DNA from: Patescibacteria group bacterium
GTDB taxonomy: Bacteria; Patescibacteriota; Minisyncoccia; Minisyncoccales; GWA2-38-27
NCBI GenBank assembly: GCA_020148045.1
Contig: JAHCRG010000006.1
Location: 137,909 to 201,908 of the forward strand
Direction of reading: 5' to 3'
Length of the DNA: 64,000 bases
In this document: positions 23,778 to 32,812 of the stretch, in pieces
Numbering within the stretch: position 1 is the first letter of the stretch
Layout of the letters: the number at the start of each line of letters is the position of its first letter
Notes under the pieces: model-generated
The model's database searches: none
What the model saw: the letters and a program-made list of their open reading frames with translations, nothing else
Told to the model about the DNA's origin: nothing
Translations under genes and position numbers: made by a program

Positions 23778-24089
23778 ATGTTAGCTGTAATTAAAACTGG
23801 GGGCAAACAATATCTTGTTAAACCCGGGGATAAAATAAAAATTGAGAAAATTGCAGGGAAAGAAAGAAAGGAGATAACTTTCAAAGAAGTTTTGTTATTG
23901 GAGAAAAATAAAAAAGTGGAGATTGGCACGCCTTTAGTAAAAGGCGCTAAAGTGATTGCTAAAATTTTATCACAAGGCAAAGGAAAAAAAGTCATCATTT
24001 TCAAATACAAACCAAAAACCCGCTACAAGAAAAAAGCGGGCCATAGGCAACCCTTTACCGAAGTCGAAATATTAAAAATTGAACTTTAA
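23778..24089 (+). CDS. rplU: 50S ribosomal protein L21
   Basis: MLAVIKTGGKQYLVKPGDKIKIEK...GHRQPFTEVEI. Confidence 0.93.
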   Translation: MLAVIKTGGKQYLVKPGDKIKIEKIAGKERKEITFKEVLLLEKNKKVEIGTPLVKGAKVIAKILSQGKGKKVIIFKYKPKTRYKKKAGHRQPFTEVEILKIEL

Positions 24090-24121
24090 AATTTTTGAAC
24101 AGAGAAGAAAGGAGAGAAAAA

Positions 24122-24352
24122 ATGGATTACAGTATCCTATTTAGAACTAATTTGAGGCGACTTAAAGAAAAAGCTGGCGTCAGTTTTAATGAAATAGGGC
24201 AGGCAGTAAATCGAGGAGCTGGAACGGTTCAGCGATGGGGACCCGATGGACTACCAGATTATAACGTCTTGGTTGGTTTAGCTGATTTTTTTACTAAAAC
24301 TTTAGGAAGATTTGTTTCCATTGATGAATTCTTTGATAGAAAGCCGAACTAG
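24122..24352 (+). CDS. Small XRE/Cro-type helix-turn-helix protein
   Basis: RBS aaaggagag upstream of the ATG at 24122. LRRLKEKAGVSFNEIGQAVNRGAGTVQRW looks like an HTH_3 pattern. It occupies the slot usually held by rpmA. Confidence 0.5.
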   Translation: MDYSILFRTNLRRLKEKAGVSFNEIGQAVNRGAGTVQRWGPDGLPDYNVLVGLADFFTKTLGRFVSIDEFFDRKPN

Positions 24353-24382
24353 CCAGCGTCCCAGAAATCATTGGTTTTTTAG

Positions 24383-24411
24383 AAAAAAGGCCTCTTGAGA
24401 GGCCTTTTTTT
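24383..24411. terminator. Bidirectional intrinsic terminator
   Basis: A6-aggcctc-ttga-gaggcct-T7. Confidence 0.85.
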
Positions 24412-24433
24412 ATTTGTTTCAAGTTTTAGGTTT

Positions 24434-25027
24434 TTATTTTCTTCCTTCAAAGGCGCTGGACAGGGTGTCTTCGTCAGCGTACTCCAATTCGCCACCAACA
24501 GGGAGGCCCCGTCCGAGGCGGGTGGTTTTAATATTAAAAGATTTTAGTTCTCTTTTTATAAATAAAGCAGTGGCTTCGCCTTCAGTAGTGGAATTGGTAG
24601 CAATAATGATTTCTTTAAAACCATTATTTTTAATTCTTTCTTTTAATTCTTCAATCCTTATTTTCTTTGAATCTGCTTTTTTAAAACTAATTGTCCCGCC
24701 CAAAATAAAATAAAGACCCTTGTATTTCTTTGTTTTTTCAATTGAAATTAAGTCAGTTTCTTTTTCTATCACACAAAGTAATGTTTTGTCCCGCGAATTA
24801 TCTCTACAAATAGAACATAAAGTTTCCTCTGAATCCTCAAAAGGATTAAAACAAGATGAACAGATTCTTATTGCTTTCTTCAAATTGGTTATTGAAGCCA
24901 AAAGCTCATCAAATTTTTCTTGAGGAAGTTTTATTAAATAAAAAACAAAACGGGCAGCAGTTCGCGGCCCAACAGTGGGGAACTTAGAAAACAAATCAAT
25001 AAGTTTTTGAATAGATTTTGGATACAT
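24434..25027 (-). CDS. recR: Recombination protein RecR
   Basis: HhH start (LIDLFSKFPTVGPRTAARF), C4 zinc finger (CSSC...CSIC), Toprim domain. Confidence 0.92.
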   Translation of the reverse strand: MYPKSIQKLIDLFSKFPTVGPRTAARFVFYLIKLPQEKFDELLASITNLKKAIRICSSCFNPFEDSEETLCSICRDNSRDKTLLCVIEKETDLISIEKTKKYKGLYFILGGTISFKKADSKKIRIEELKERIKNNGFKEIIIATNSTTEGEATALFIKRELKSFNIKTTRLGRGLPVGGELEYADEDTLSSAFEGRK

Positions 25028-26401
25028 TTATTCTGTATATTCTCCTTTTTCAAGGTTTCTAAAGCATACTCTTCGGTCGTCAAAATAAAGTTCAACTTTT
25101 CCTACCGGTCCATTTCTATGTTTAGCAATAATAATATCAGCAATATTTTTCCTGGTAGTGTCAGGACGGTACCTGTCCTCGCGATATATAAAGAGCACCA
25201 CATCCGAGTCCTGCTCCAGGCTCCCACTTTCACGTAAATCTGCTAATCTGGGGATTTGGGGGGAGCGTTGTTCTACTGCCCGGGAAAGCTGGGATAAAGC
25301 AAGGACTGGAACATTAATCTCTCTAGCCAAACCTTTAAGGGCTCGAGAGATTTCAGTTACTTGTTGAACCATAGTGGTCGCTGGATTTCTGGGCTCCATC
25401 AGTTGTAAATAATCAATAATAATAAGCCCTAATCCATGTTCTGCCTGTAATCTCCTTGCCATTGCTCTCATTTGCAAAACATTAGAAGAGGCAGCATCAT
25501 CAATATAAATTGGGGCTTCGGATAGCAGACCCATTGTATGTTGAATTCTCGTAAAATCATTGTCTTCGCCTTCGCTGGAAAGCCGGCCAGTCCTTAACCT
25601 CCATAAGTCAACATTAGATAAACCAGCAATCAATCTATCTACTACCTGGTCTTTTGACATTTCTAAACTAAATAATCCTATTGGGATTTTTTGATTGACG
25701 GCAATATTAGCTGCAATATTTACAGCCAAAGCGCTCTTTCCCAGAGAGGGGCGGGAAGCTAAAATTACCAGGTCAGATTTTTGGAGGCCAGCTAAAATAT
25801 TATCTAAATCAGTAAAGCCGGTTGGAAGTCCTCGAAGACCTCCTTCGTGTTTGGAGAGTTTATCAATTCTTTCAAAAGCATCTTCTAAACCATCTTTAAT
25901 CAGGATAAACCGTTGGGTTAAACTTTTTTGGGCAATACTAAAAATTCTTTGTTCAGCCCGGTCCAAAAGCACATCAATATCTTCTTTTTCGTCATAGCCT
26001 ATTGAATTAATTTCCTGGCTGGCTTCAATTAAGTCCCTTAAAATTCTTTTTCTTTGGACGATTTTGGCGTAATTTGAGATATGGGCAGCAGTAGGAACAG
26101 TATTAATAAGTTCAGTTAAATAACTATTTCCACCAACTTCTTCCAAGAGTTTCTTTTCTTTGAGGCGGCTAGAAACAGCTAATAAGTCAACTGGTTCTCC
26201 TTTTTCAAAAAGCTCTACAATTGCCTGGTAAATTTGCTGATGATTTTGTTTATAAAAATCTCGCGGCTGAAGGAAATCCGCCACCTTAATAATAGCGTTC
26301 TTATCCAACGTTAAAGAACCTAATAAAGATTTTTCTGCCTCAATATTTTGGGGCGGAAGTTTTTCAGGCCCGCCCAAGTTTTGATTTTCCTTAGCCATCA
26401 A
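25028..26401 (-). CDS. dnaB: Replicative DNA helicase DnaB
   Basis: PPQNIEAEKSLLGS, Walker A SRPSLGKSA, IIDYLQLM, ALSQLSR. Confidence 0.93.
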   Translation of the reverse strand: MMAKENQNLGGPEKLPPQNIEAEKSLLGSLTLDKNAIIKVADFLQPRDFYKQNHQQIYQAIVELFEKGEPVDLLAVSSRLKEKKLLEEVGGNSYLTELINTVPTAAHISNYAKIVQRKRILRDLIEASQEINSIGYDEKEDIDVLLDRAEQRIFSIAQKSLTQRFILIKDGLEDAFERIDKLSKHEGGLRGLPTGFTDLDNILAGLQKSDLVILASRPSLGKSALAVNIAANIAVNQKIPIGLFSLEMSKDQVVDRLIAGLSNVDLWRLRTGRLSSEGEDNDFTRIQHTMGLLSEAPIYIDDAASSNVLQMRAMARRLQAEHGLGLIIIDYLQLMEPRNPATTMVQQVTEISRALKGLAREINVPVLALSQLSRAVEQRSPQIPRLADLRESGSLEQDSDVVLFIYREDRYRPDTTRKNIADIIIAKHRNGPVGKVELYFDDRRVCFRNLEKGEYTE

Positions 26402-26487
26402 TTCCTGTATAGCAAAAATAAGAAACTATGGCAAGAATTTGACAAAGAAAAGACCCAAAAAGCCCCGCCAAGGCAGGGCTTTTTTGT

Positions 26488-26516
26488 TTGACAAGATTTA
26501 AATAATAAAATATAGT
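26488..26516 (+). promoter_or_regulatory. Sigma70-type promoter for the 125-aa basic protein gene
   Basis: TTGACA, 17 nt, TATAGT. A leader of about 60 nt with SD aaaggag follows. Confidence 0.6.
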
Positions 26517-26584
26517 GTTAATAGAAAGGAGATGGTTTGTTGAAAAGTTAAAGAGCACATTTACAAAAGAAAGGAGCGTGCGGT

Positions 26585-26962
26585 ATGGCACGTAAAGATA
26601 TGAGACATAAAAGTGAAGAGGAGCTTGCTTTCTTAGACAAATTATCCAAAAGTCCTTACAATCCCGAAGGTTTACCAAATGATGGAGCAGTTGAAAGGGG
26701 TGACTTTGTTTGGAAACGGGAAGGTATTGGTCATGTATTTTTTCTGAGGCGGAAAAATCCTAAGAAAAGACCTAAGGGCCTTTATGATGGGATACCTTTA
26801 TTTGTTAGATCGTCTGCTTCACTAAAAGCTTTTGGACAACTAACAATGGAGGATTATTTAAGCTTTTTTGCCAAGAGATTCGGACTTTCACTCAGAAGAC
26901 TTAAAAAAAGAGGAGAGGAAAAAATTTGGCAGTTTTATAAACCAAGGAAAAAACCAGATTAA
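26585..26962 (+). CDS. Hypothetical basic protein (125 aa)
   Basis: ORF with a good SD. I recognise no family. Confidence 0.55.
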   Translation: MARKDMRHKSEEELAFLDKLSKSPYNPEGLPNDGAVERGDFVWKREGIGHVFFLRRKNPKKRPKGLYDGIPLFVRSSASLKAFGQLTMEDYLSFFAKRFGLSLRRLKKRGEEKIWQFYKPRKKPD

Positions 26963-26974
26963 CAAAGCCTGCAA

Positions 26975-28381
26975 TTATTTGCAGGCTTTAATTTTCGGGC
27001 CTTCTTTTGTGTCTTTAATCTGATAGCCCATTTGTTTGATTTTTTTTCTTATTTCATCAGCTAATTTCCAGTCCTTTTTTTTACGGGCTTGCTCTCTTTG
27101 TTTGACTAATTTTTTGACAGACAAGGAGATTTTAACAGCTTCTCTTTTACCCCAAAAGATAAAACTAAAAACTTTATCAACTTCCTTTAAAAATTTTAAA
27201 ATATCTCTGGCATCTTTAGAAGTGAGTTTATTTTTGTTGAGCAGTAGATTGCCTTGATTGACTAATTGAAATATTGAGGCCAAAGCCCTTGGCGTGTTAA
27301 AATCATTTTCCATATGGTCTTCAAAATCCTTTTTAATTTTTGAAATTAGATTTTTAGCAATTTTTGTTTTTTGTTTCTCGTTTCTTATTTTCTGTTTCTT
27401 GATTTTATCTAAAAATTCGTCAATTCTTTCCAACTGCCTCTTGACTTGGTCAATCTCTTTTTCGCTATAATTGATAGGGGAGAGGTAATGAGTTTTGAGA
27501 ACAAACAGACGGAGAATTCTGGCTGAATGATTTTTTAAAAAGTCCTTGATAGTAATAAAATTGCCAAGAGATTTTGCCATCTTTTTTCCTTTGACAGTTA
27601 AAAACCCAGTATGAAGCCAATATTTTACCATTGGGCTTTTGCCGGATATAGCTTCCATCTGGCTAATTTCAGCTTCATGATGAGGGAAGATTAAATCTTT
27701 TGCTCCGCCGTGAATATCATACTGGGGCCCAAAATATTTTTCAGTAATAGCAGTATCTTCAATATGCCAGCCAGGACGCCCAGGTCCCCAGGGACTGGGC
27801 CATTTTGGTTCTCTTTTTTTTGAGAATTTCCATAAGCAAAAGTCACCCTTGTTCCTTTTATCTTTTGCCTCGTCAATTCGGGAAACAGCGTCCTCGGCTT
27901 GAACAGCCGTCCTTCCAGAGAGCTTGCCATAATTTTTAAATTTAGAAATGTCATAATAAATCCCGTCTTTTATTTGATAAGCAAAACCTTTGTCCAGTAA
28001 TCTTGTGACTTGGCTAATGATTTCTTTAATGTGAGCTGTTGCCCTGGCATACTTGGTAACACTATTTACATTCAGGGCTTTCATATCTTTTAAGTATTCT
28101 CTTTCAAATTTCTGAGATAAGTTCTTCCAAGAAACCTTTTGTCTTTTTGCTTGATTTATAATCTTATCATCAACATCAGTAATATTTTGAAGATAAAAAA
28201 CATCATACCCCTTTTGCTTGAGATATTTAGCTATCATATCAAAAACAATATAGGTCCTTGCATGACCAATATGAGAAAAGTCATAACTTGTTATCCCGCA
28301 GACAAAAAGATTTATCTTTTTACCTCTTCTGGATTTTAAAATCTCTTTCTTTCTGGTTAAAGTATTGTAGAGTTTGAGCAT
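26975..28381 (-). CDS. cysS: Cysteine--tRNA ligase
   Basis: HIGHARTY and KMAKSLGN (HIGH/KMSKS), plus the CysRS-specific WPSPWGPGRPGWHIE. Confidence 0.93.
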   Translation of the reverse strand: MLKLYNTLTRKKEILKSRRGKKINLFVCGITSYDFSHIGHARTYIVFDMIAKYLKQKGYDVFYLQNITDVDDKIINQAKRQKVSWKNLSQKFEREYLKDMKALNVNSVTKYARATAHIKEIISQVTRLLDKGFAYQIKDGIYYDISKFKNYGKLSGRTAVQAEDAVSRIDEAKDKRNKGDFCLWKFSKKREPKWPSPWGPGRPGWHIEDTAITEKYFGPQYDIHGGAKDLIFPHHEAEISQMEAISGKSPMVKYWLHTGFLTVKGKKMAKSLGNFITIKDFLKNHSARILRLFVLKTHYLSPINYSEKEIDQVKRQLERIDEFLDKIKKQKIRNEKQKTKIAKNLISKIKKDFEDHMENDFNTPRALASIFQLVNQGNLLLNKNKLTSKDARDILKFLKEVDKVFSFIFWGKREAVKISLSVKKLVKQREQARKKKDWKLADEIRKKIKQMGYQIKDTKEGPKIKACK

Positions 28382-28430
28382 ATTAATTCATTTTATCATA
28401 AAATTTAGTCTTTTCAAAAATTAAAATTTG

Positions 28431-28439
28431 TGATAAGAT
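28431..28439 (+). promoter_or_regulatory. Extended -10 (TGaTAAGAT) 6 nt upstream of the ATG, with leaderless geometry
   Basis: Direct reading. Confidence 0.45.
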
Positions 28440-28445
28440 AAAAGA

Positions 28446-29063
28446 ATGAGAAAAGCAAATATTATATATCCTTTTATTATCGGAGAAGCGATTGCCTTAA
28501 TTTTCCTTGGCGTTTTAAAATATTCACCAGAATATTTGCCAGAAATGCCCTCCTTTATAATCCGAATGGTATGGTATTTCCCCATAGTTTTACCCCTTCT
28601 TTCAATTTTTGGCGTTTTTGTTGCTTCTCTTTTGACGAAAAAAATCCCAGCCCTTTTTCAACTGGCTAAATTTGTTTTAGTTGGTGCCTTAAATACTTTT
28701 GTTGATTTTGGGATATTGATTCTTTTATTGACAATTTTTGGAGTTGCTGCGGGCTTGCTCTATTCTATTTCCAAAGCTTTTTCTTTCAGTTGTTCAGTAG
28801 TAAACTCTTATTTCTGGAATAAGTTTTGGACTTTTGAGAAAAAAGAAACTAAGGGAGCTGGCAGGGAGTTTGGAAAGTTTTATTTAATAGCTGGAATTGG
28901 GTTTTTCCTTAATGTTAGTATTGCTTCTCTTATAGTTAATATTATTGGACCTCAATTCGGTTTGTCAGTAGAAATCTGGGCAATAGTCGGAGCTTTTATA
29001 GCTGTTCTTTGTGTTTTTATCTGGAACTTTCTCGGATATAAATTTATAGTATTTAAAAAGTAG
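28446..29063 (+). CDS. GtrA-family membrane protein with an N-terminal TM extension
   Basis: LAKFVLVGALNTFVDFGILILL and a four-TM GtrA-like C-terminal region. Confidence 0.75.
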   Translation: MRKANIIYPFIIGEAIALIFLGVLKYSPEYLPEMPSFIIRMVWYFPIVLPLLSIFGVFVASLLTKKIPALFQLAKFVLVGALNTFVDFGILILLLTIFGVAAGLLYSISKAFSFSCSVVNSYFWNKFWTFEKKETKGAGREFGKFYLIAGIGFFLNVSIASLIVNIIGPQFGLSVEIWAIVGAFIAVLCVFIWNFLGYKFIVFKK

Positions 29064-29065
29064 CT

Positions 29066-30184
29066 ATGGCTAATTTAGTTTTATACAGAAAATACAGGCC
29101 GCAGACCTTTACTGAGATTATCGGCCAAGAGCATGTGGTCCAAACCCTGACTAATGCAATTGCTTCAGGCATGATTTCCCATGCTTATTTGTTTTCTGGC
29201 CCCCGGGGTTCAGGAAAAACCACTATTGCCCGGCTTTTGGCAAAATCAGTAAATTGTCGTAATCATAAGGATTCTGAATTTGAGCCCTGCGATAAATGCT
29301 CTTCTTGTTTGGAAATTAAACAAGGCAACTCTTTAGATTTGATTGAAATTGATGCTGCCTCACACCGAGGCATTGATGAAATCAGAGAATTGAGAGAAGG
29401 GATTAAATTTGCTCCGACAAAAGAAAAATACAAAGTTTTTATAATTGACGAGAGCCACCAATTGACCCGCGAAGCAGTCAATGCTCTTTTAAAAACTTTG
29501 GAAGAACCACCTTCTCATGCAATATTTGTTTTAGCTACAACCGAGATTCATAAAATGATTCCAACCATTATTTCCAGATGCCAGAGATTTGATTTCAGAA
29601 AACTAACCTTGCCTGAAATTATCAAAAGATTAGATATTATTTCTAAAAAAGAAAAAGCAAAAATTGATAGACCAGCTCTGGAACTCATTGCTTTAAATTC
29701 CGGGGGTTCAATAAGAGATGCTGAAAGTTTATTAGACCAGGCCTTGACTTTTACCGGAACTTTAGGGAGAGAGGGGATAATCAAAACAGAAGATATTAAA
29801 GATTTATTGGGATTGACAGATATAAATTTAATCAACCAGTTTGTTGATTTTATTTCTGAAAAAAGCGGGGAGAAAGCTATTAAATTTTTGGAGGAAACTT
29901 TTGAAAAGGGTTATGACCCTCAAGAATTTGCCAAGGCATTAGTTCGTTATTTAAGGCAGACAATGCTTTTGAAAATAAATCCCAGTCCAATGAACCCGGT
30001 GATTATTGGTTTAACCAAAGAAGAGCAAGAAAAAATTCAAACTCAGGCAGAGAAGTTTAACTCCCAGGAACTTCAGCACATTTTAAACCTTTTTCTGGAG
30101 GCAGAAAACAAAATGAAATATTCCTCAATTCCGCAACTTCCATTGGAATTAGCAATAGTTGACATAATACACCAAGAAGGGTAA
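29066..30184 (+). CDS. dnaX: DNA polymerase III subunit gamma/tau (short form)
   Basis: YRPQTFTEIIGQEHV, GPRGSGKTT, zinc module CxxCxxC, FIIDESHQL, SRCQRF. Confidence 0.92.
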   Translation: MANLVLYRKYRPQTFTEIIGQEHVVQTLTNAIASGMISHAYLFSGPRGSGKTTIARLLAKSVNCRNHKDSEFEPCDKCSSCLEIKQGNSLDLIEIDAASHRGIDEIRELREGIKFAPTKEKYKVFIIDESHQLTREAVNALLKTLEEPPSHAIFVLATTEIHKMIPTIISRCQRFDFRKLTLPEIIKRLDIISKKEKAKIDRPALELIALNSGGSIRDAESLLDQALTFTGTLGREGIIKTEDIKDLLGLTDINLINQFVDFISEKSGEKAIKFLEETFEKGYDPQEFAKALVRYLRQTMLLKINPSPMNPVIIGLTKEEQEKIQTQAEKFNSQELQHILNLFLEAENKMKYSSIPQLPLELAIVDIIHQEG

Positions 30185-30196
30185 AATATATTTTAT

Positions 30197-30267
30197 TCCG
30201 GGGTCATCTAATGGTAGGATGTTGGGTTTTGGTCCCAAAAATTTTGGTTCGAATCCAAACCCCGGAG
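30197..30267 (+). tRNA. tRNA-Gln (anticodon UUG)
   Basis: TCCGGGG/CCCCGGA acceptor, TTGGG-TTTTGGT-CCCAA anticodon arm, TTTGG-TTCGAAT-CCAAA T arm. 71 nt, no encoded CCA. Confidence 0.85.
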
Positions 30268-30383
30268 CACCGATTAGAGGGTTAATAACTCTCTTTTTAT
30301 TTGACTAATTTAAATAATAAGTATAATCTTTAAGCAGTATTTTCCAAATAGAATAATGAAAGAATAAATCAGAAAGGGAAAAA

Positions 30384-30800
30384 ATGGGTAAAAAAAAATC
30401 AAATAAGCGGATTTTAAGACCAATAGAAGTAGAAGATTTAATGAGGGGGCGTGCTGGAAAAATTACTATTCGTTTTGATCCGCAAGACTTAGTGGAATTA
30501 CAATGTCATTGTGATTATGATCCTAAGCTATGCGGTAAAGAAGACGAAGATAACAAAGTAATGTTAGTAAGAAAAATAGAAGTTCAGAATCCCGATGGTT
30601 CTTGGAGCCCTTATCCAAGTGTTACTTGGCTCGATGGCGTTGAGGGTGAAGACGATGAACAACTTGTTACCAGAGCTTTTATTAAAAAAACTGACGAAGA
30701 AGGATTTGACATCATGAGTTCTTGGCAAGGGGTTCCAGATGGAACATTGATGTGTGCTGCTAAAGGAGCTGGTATTCATACGGAAACCATATATGGATAA
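30384..30800 (+). CDS. Hypothetical protein (138 aa, acidic, Cys-containing)
   Basis: ORF with an RBS aaagggaaaaaa. An own terminator hairpin lies at about 30810-30848. Confidence 0.55.
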   Translation: MGKKKSNKRILRPIEVEDLMRGRAGKITIRFDPQDLVELQCHCDYDPKLCGKEDEDNKVMLVRKIEVQNPDGSWSPYPSVTWLDGVEGEDDEQLVTRAFIKKTDEEGFDIMSSWQGVPDGTLMCAAKGAGIHTETIYG

Positions 30801-30851
30801 TAAATATAAAGCGACTTATCGTTAGATGTATAAGTTGCTTTTTATTTTCCT

Positions 30852-30924
30852 AAACAGGTTCTAACATCGTCCATCCCGTGGCACGCCAAAAAAAATCGCC
30901 AAGAAGGCGATTTTTTGGTAGAAT
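30852..30924 (+). repeat. Intergenic cassette-flank repeat, copy A (AAACAGGTTCTAAC box, A8-TCGCC hairpin, TGgTAGAAT)
   Basis: Shared with 31803-31881 and partially with 32723-32780 by direct comparison. Confidence 0.8.
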
Positions 30925-30932
30925 AAAAAAGC

Positions 30933-31778
30933 ATGTATTTTGATTTTCCAATTATAGACATACATACTCATTTAAGAGAATACCCTTCTCTGGGTTTAAG
31001 ATTGAAAAACCGAAAAAACATAAAGAATGTCTTGGGCAGAGAGGCATACTTTGGTCGGATTAACATCTTTCTTTATATGGCGAACACCGAACCGCCATTA
31101 GACAGCCTTGGGATTATAAAGAAATCATTAGAAATTCCAAGATATAAAGAAGTAAAAGCAATACCGGTAAGCGCGATTACAAAGAATTTAGATGGAAAAG
31201 AGCCAGTTGATGTGGAGAATATAAAACCTTATGTTGCAGGATTTAGCGATGATGGAAAATGTTTAGGCAATCTAGAAATATTAAAATATGTACTAAGTAA
31301 AAATGTTTTGGTAATGGCTCATTTAGAACCCGAAACGGAAATGCTGAAAAAATATTTAGAGATTTATAGCGAGACTGGTGGCCATTTACATTTCCAGCAT
31401 ATAAGTAGAAAAGAAAGTGTTGATTTAATCAGAATAGCAAAAAAGGATGGATTAAAAATAACTTGTGAAACCTGCCCCCATTATTTTTATTTTACTTCTC
31501 GAGACATGGATCTAATAATGAATCCTCCTCTTGGAGACACCGAAGATTTAAACGCCATTATTGAGGGGTTAAAAGACGGCACAATAGATGCAATTGCTTC
31601 TGATCACGCACCCCACGATGACCCCTTAAAGAATGGTTTAAGGGGTATAAGAGTATTAGTTCCTTTGTCTTCAGGATTGGTTTTAAAAGGTTTTTTAAAC
31701 GAAGAACAACTGAAAGAGAAACTGTATACTAACCCCAAAAAGATAATTGAAAGTGGGGGATATAAGCTTCATCTGTGA
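30933..31778 (+). CDS. Truncated dihydroorotase-like metal-dependent amidohydrolase
   Basis: IDIHTHLRE and ASDHAPH motifs. At 281 aa it is far shorter than canonical PyrC. Confidence 0.65.
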   Translation: MYFDFPIIDIHTHLREYPSLGLRLKNRKNIKNVLGREAYFGRINIFLYMANTEPPLDSLGIIKKSLEIPRYKEVKAIPVSAITKNLDGKEPVDVENIKPYVAGFSDDGKCLGNLEILKYVLSKNVLVMAHLEPETEMLKKYLEIYSETGGHLHFQHISRKESVDLIRIAKKDGLKITCETCPHYFYFTSRDMDLIMNPPLGDTEDLNAIIEGLKDGTIDAIASDHAPHDDPLKNGLRGIRVLVPLSSGLVLKGFLNEEQLKEKLYTNPKKIIESGGYKLHL

Positions 31779-31802
31779 AGTAAGCTTCTTTAAATTTCAA
31801 CC

Positions 31803-31881
31803 AAACAGGTTCTAACCCTTCAATTTTTCAGGGCAGGCATCGTCCAAAAAAATCGCCAAGAAGGCGATTTTTTGGTAGAAT
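31803..31881 (+). repeat. Intergenic cassette-flank repeat, copy B
   Basis: AAACAGGTTCTAAC, then CATCGTCC, then the ccaaaaaaatcgccaagaaggcgattttttgg hairpin, then TAGAAT. Confidence 0.8.
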
Positions 31882-31922
31882 AGAAACGAAAGGTCGCAAT
31901 ATAACTTTAATTAAAAAATAAT

Positions 31923-32702
31923 ATGTCTAAAACATTAATTGCAATCATTACCATAGTAGTTATTATAATAGTAGGTTATTGGATTTATCAATCAATTTCA
32001 GCACCTCAAGGAATAACTGAGGCAGAAGCCAAGAACTGTGAAGTTGATTCTGATTGTGTTGTTTTTGGAGAAGATGGGGACTGTAATTGTGGATGTTTTA
32101 ATAAAAACTACCAATGGGAAAAAGAAGGCGATTGTTTTTGTGCAGCCCCAAAGTCCTGTAAATGCGTAAATGGGAAATGCGAAGGAGTTTTTGAAGAAGA
32201 GCCTTTAGTTTCTAAAGAGGAAGCAATAAAAAAACTTTTTGCTGAAAAGTACGATAAAGAAGTTTCAGAAATCACCATAAATATCAGCAAGGAAACAGAG
32301 GGTCATCTTATGGGCGGAGTTAAGTTTGGAGAAGGAGGACCTGGCGAAGAGGGTGGTTTTTTAGCAGCTAAAGAAAATGGTAACTGGAAATTAGTATATG
32401 ATGGGGTTGGAGCTATGTTTTGTTCAGACATTGAGCCTTATAACTTTCCAGTAGATATGGTTATTGAATGTTGGGATGAAGAGGCTGGAAAAGTAAAAGA
32501 TAGAGCAGGAGAGGCATGTATTGATTCTGGAGGCGAGATAACAACTTCTCTATGCTGTAAAGCAACCAGTGATTATCCAAACCTCTGTCTTGTTGGTCCC
32601 TGCGGGTGTGCTCCGGATTACAGCCATCAGGTAAAAATTTGTGATTGTGGACCCGATAAATGCTTTAATGGTAATGAATGTGTAGTTCTGGAAAATAAAT
32701 AG
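31923..32702 (+). CDS. Membrane-anchored Cys-rich secreted protein, function unknown
   Basis: N-terminal TM, then two Cys-rich modules (CEVDSDCVVFGEDGDCNCGC... and CIDSGGEITTSLCC...CGCAPD...CDCGPDKC). Confidence 0.6.
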   Translation: MSKTLIAIITIVVIIIVGYWIYQSISAPQGITEAEAKNCEVDSDCVVFGEDGDCNCGCFNKNYQWEKEGDCFCAAPKSCKCVNGKCEGVFEEEPLVSKEEAIKKLFAEKYDKEVSEITINISKETEGHLMGGVKFGEGGPGEEGGFLAAKENGNWKLVYDGVGAMFCSDIEPYNFPVDMVIECWDEEAGKVKDRAGEACIDSGGEITTSLCCKATSDYPNLCLVGPCGCAPDYSHQVKICDCGPDKCFNGNECVVLENK

Positions 32703-32722
32703 GAAAATTCTCCCAAAACTAA

Positions 32723-32780
32723 GTTCTAACATCGTCCGTCCCCCGGAGCAAAGTAAAATTGCCCAGCGATGGGCAATTTT
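32723..32780 (+). repeat. Intergenic cassette-flank repeat, copy C (GTTCTAACATCGTCC plus an AAAATTGCCC hairpin)
   Basis: The 15-mer is identical to 30858-30872. It contains CCCCGGAGCA (32741-32750), identical to the tRNA-Gln 3' end at 30260-30269. Confidence 0.7.
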
Positions 32781-32812
32781 ATTTATCCAATGAACAAAAC
32801 AATAGTTAAATC

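Noticed and set aside
30821-30866. An integron attC interpretation of the islet flanks, based on GTTAGAT and (G)TTCTAAC resembling R'/R'' core sites.
   Set aside because: The two cores are in the wrong order and spacing for a single attC. Copies B and C have no paired GTTRRRY site. No integrase or attI is present. I kept only the weaker cassette-like description.
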